Position numbers and translations under genes: made by a program. The notes under the pieces were generated by a model. It searched no databases. It saw only the letters and a program-made list of their open reading frames with translations, and was not told the origin of the DNA. Positions 33,559 to 34,404 of a stretch of 34,404 nt of DNA are shown piece after piece. Origin of the DNA: Dehalococcoidia bacterium (GTDB taxonomy: Bacteria > Chloroflexota > Dehalococcoidia > DSTF01 > RBG-16-68-14); contig JBBEBM010000026.1 in assembly GCA_040882355.1 (NCBI GenBank), positions 1 through 34,404 of the forward strand, given 5' to 3'. Within the stretch, counting starts at the first letter, position 1; the number at the start of each line of letters is the position of its first letter.

Positions 33559-33961
33559 TCCGCAGGGGCATCCTCGTCACCAGTTGGTCATCCAAGAGAA
33601 CGTCGAACCAGTAGAGCCCTTCTTGATTGGCCTGCAGGCCCAATTGCAGGACTAAGTTCGCGCCCCGGTCCTCGCCTTCGAAGTGGATTTGCAGAGCCGT
33701 TTCCGGCAGGCTGAAGCCTGCCGGCGTCTCGGGCCTCAGCTTGATGGTGTGTCGGCCTCGGGCTGCCCCCGACTTGAAGCTAATCAGTGCGGTCAGGTTG
33801 ACTGGCACCGGCGGCATCTCATCTGGTGCCTCCGTGCCGACTGCCGTTTGGATGATCCGATCAACGATTCGAATCGCGCTGAGAACACCATCCTTGTCCT
33901 CAAGAACCTTCTCACAGAGGACGGCCGTCGTAAGGAAGGGACCTGCAGCTGGGAGTGGCAT
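33512..33961 (-). CDS. Hypothetical beta-rich protein (DUF6941-like)
   Basis: GAGGAGGT RBS; AVLCEKVLEDKDGVLSAIRIVD ... EGLYWFDVLLDDQLVTRMPLRI pattern. The family name is from recollection. Confidence 0.75.
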   Translation of the reverse strand: MPLPAAGPFLTTAVLCEKVLEDKDGVLSAIRIVDRIIQTAVGTEAPDEMPPVPVNLTALISFKSGAARGRHTIKLRPETPAGFSLPETALQIHFEGEDRGANLVLQLGLQANQEGLYWFDVLLDDQLVTRMPLRIMYQRLQTAGAQPPT

Positions 33962-34232
33962 GGCCGGTTACCTCCTCAAGAGAACGAAACCCCGCGACCC
34001 GCCCCCGCCCACGGGAGGGACTAAGCCCGCAAACGCCCGAATGCGGGTAGAGTACAACTGCAAACGCGATTGCAAACGAACGGCCCATAATCCGCTAGCA
34101 CCAGCGATCACGGCCGCTTGGTGACGACCGGCGCCCTAGGTTCGACCTAGATTCGGAACGGAGCGCGCTTGTGGACAGCCCACTACGCGCTATCATAGGG
34201 AGCGGGCGATAATCCAGTCAGGAGGAGTTAGC

Positions 34233-34404
34233 TTGCCCAAGCCAACCCGTCGTCGTCGCATGCGCCGCACACAGGTCGCGCCAGCGGGCGTGCCGGTGAG
34301 CCGCGCGCCCATCGCGCCCGCCGCCGCAACACCCCCACCCCCACCCCCACCCCCACCCGCGCCTGTGCCCGCGCCCGAGTCCGCGGACGCCCGACCGATC
34401 GATC
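34233..34404 (+). CDS. Arg/Pro-rich hypothetical protein, runs off the right edge
   Basis: AGGAGGAG RBS, then TTG: MPKPTRRRRMRRTQVAPAGVPVSRAPIAPAAATPPPPPPPPPAPVPAPESADARPID. TATCAT -10 at 34191-34196. Confidence 0.65.
   Translation, partial: MPKPTRRRRMRRTQVAPAGVPVSRAPIAPAAATPPPPPPPPPAPVPAPESADARPID
34331..34358 (+). repeat. (ACCCCC)4-ACCC hexamer repeat encoding Pro9
   Basis: Read directly from the sequence. Confidence 0.9.

Overview
High-GC bacterial chromosomal window. Gene style and order suggest Chloroflexota, possibly Dehalococcoidia-like (inference only). Core genes, left to right: topA (3'-truncated, missing from the ORF track), dprA, a CorC/HlyC CBS membrane protein and glmU on the minus strand; two divergent GT-C membrane glycosyltransferases; ruvX-mltG-aroE-aroC-aroKB interrupted by two hypotheticals and a retropepsin-like protease; a small His/Cys protein; acyP; a 5'-deleted metallophosphoesterase remnant; a lipoprotein, a SAM methyltransferase and hisS; a lipoprotein, rel and a PQQ sugar dehydrogenase-like lipoprotein; an LhgO-like FAD oxidoreductase, a glutaredoxin-thioredoxin reductase fusion, a Rieske ferredoxin, a LapA-like protein, an AOR-family enzyme and a MOSC protein; nfo; a LysR regulator; a lower-GC three-gene islet; and the start of a Pro-rich gene. 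I saw no rRNA, tRNA, CRISPR array, transposase or integrase. Intergenic spacers carry at least four unrelated short repeat families. Best leads: (1) the three-gene islet, whose divergent genes can start on one shared CATG and may be an undescribed toxin/immunity-like module; (2) a ~104-nt self-closing RNA starting at a predicted transcription start upstream of ruvX; (3) a REP at the breakpoint of a gene-replacement event; (4) a possible AOR-Rieske-AhpF-like electron-transfer module. All family calls come from motif recognition; no database search was run.
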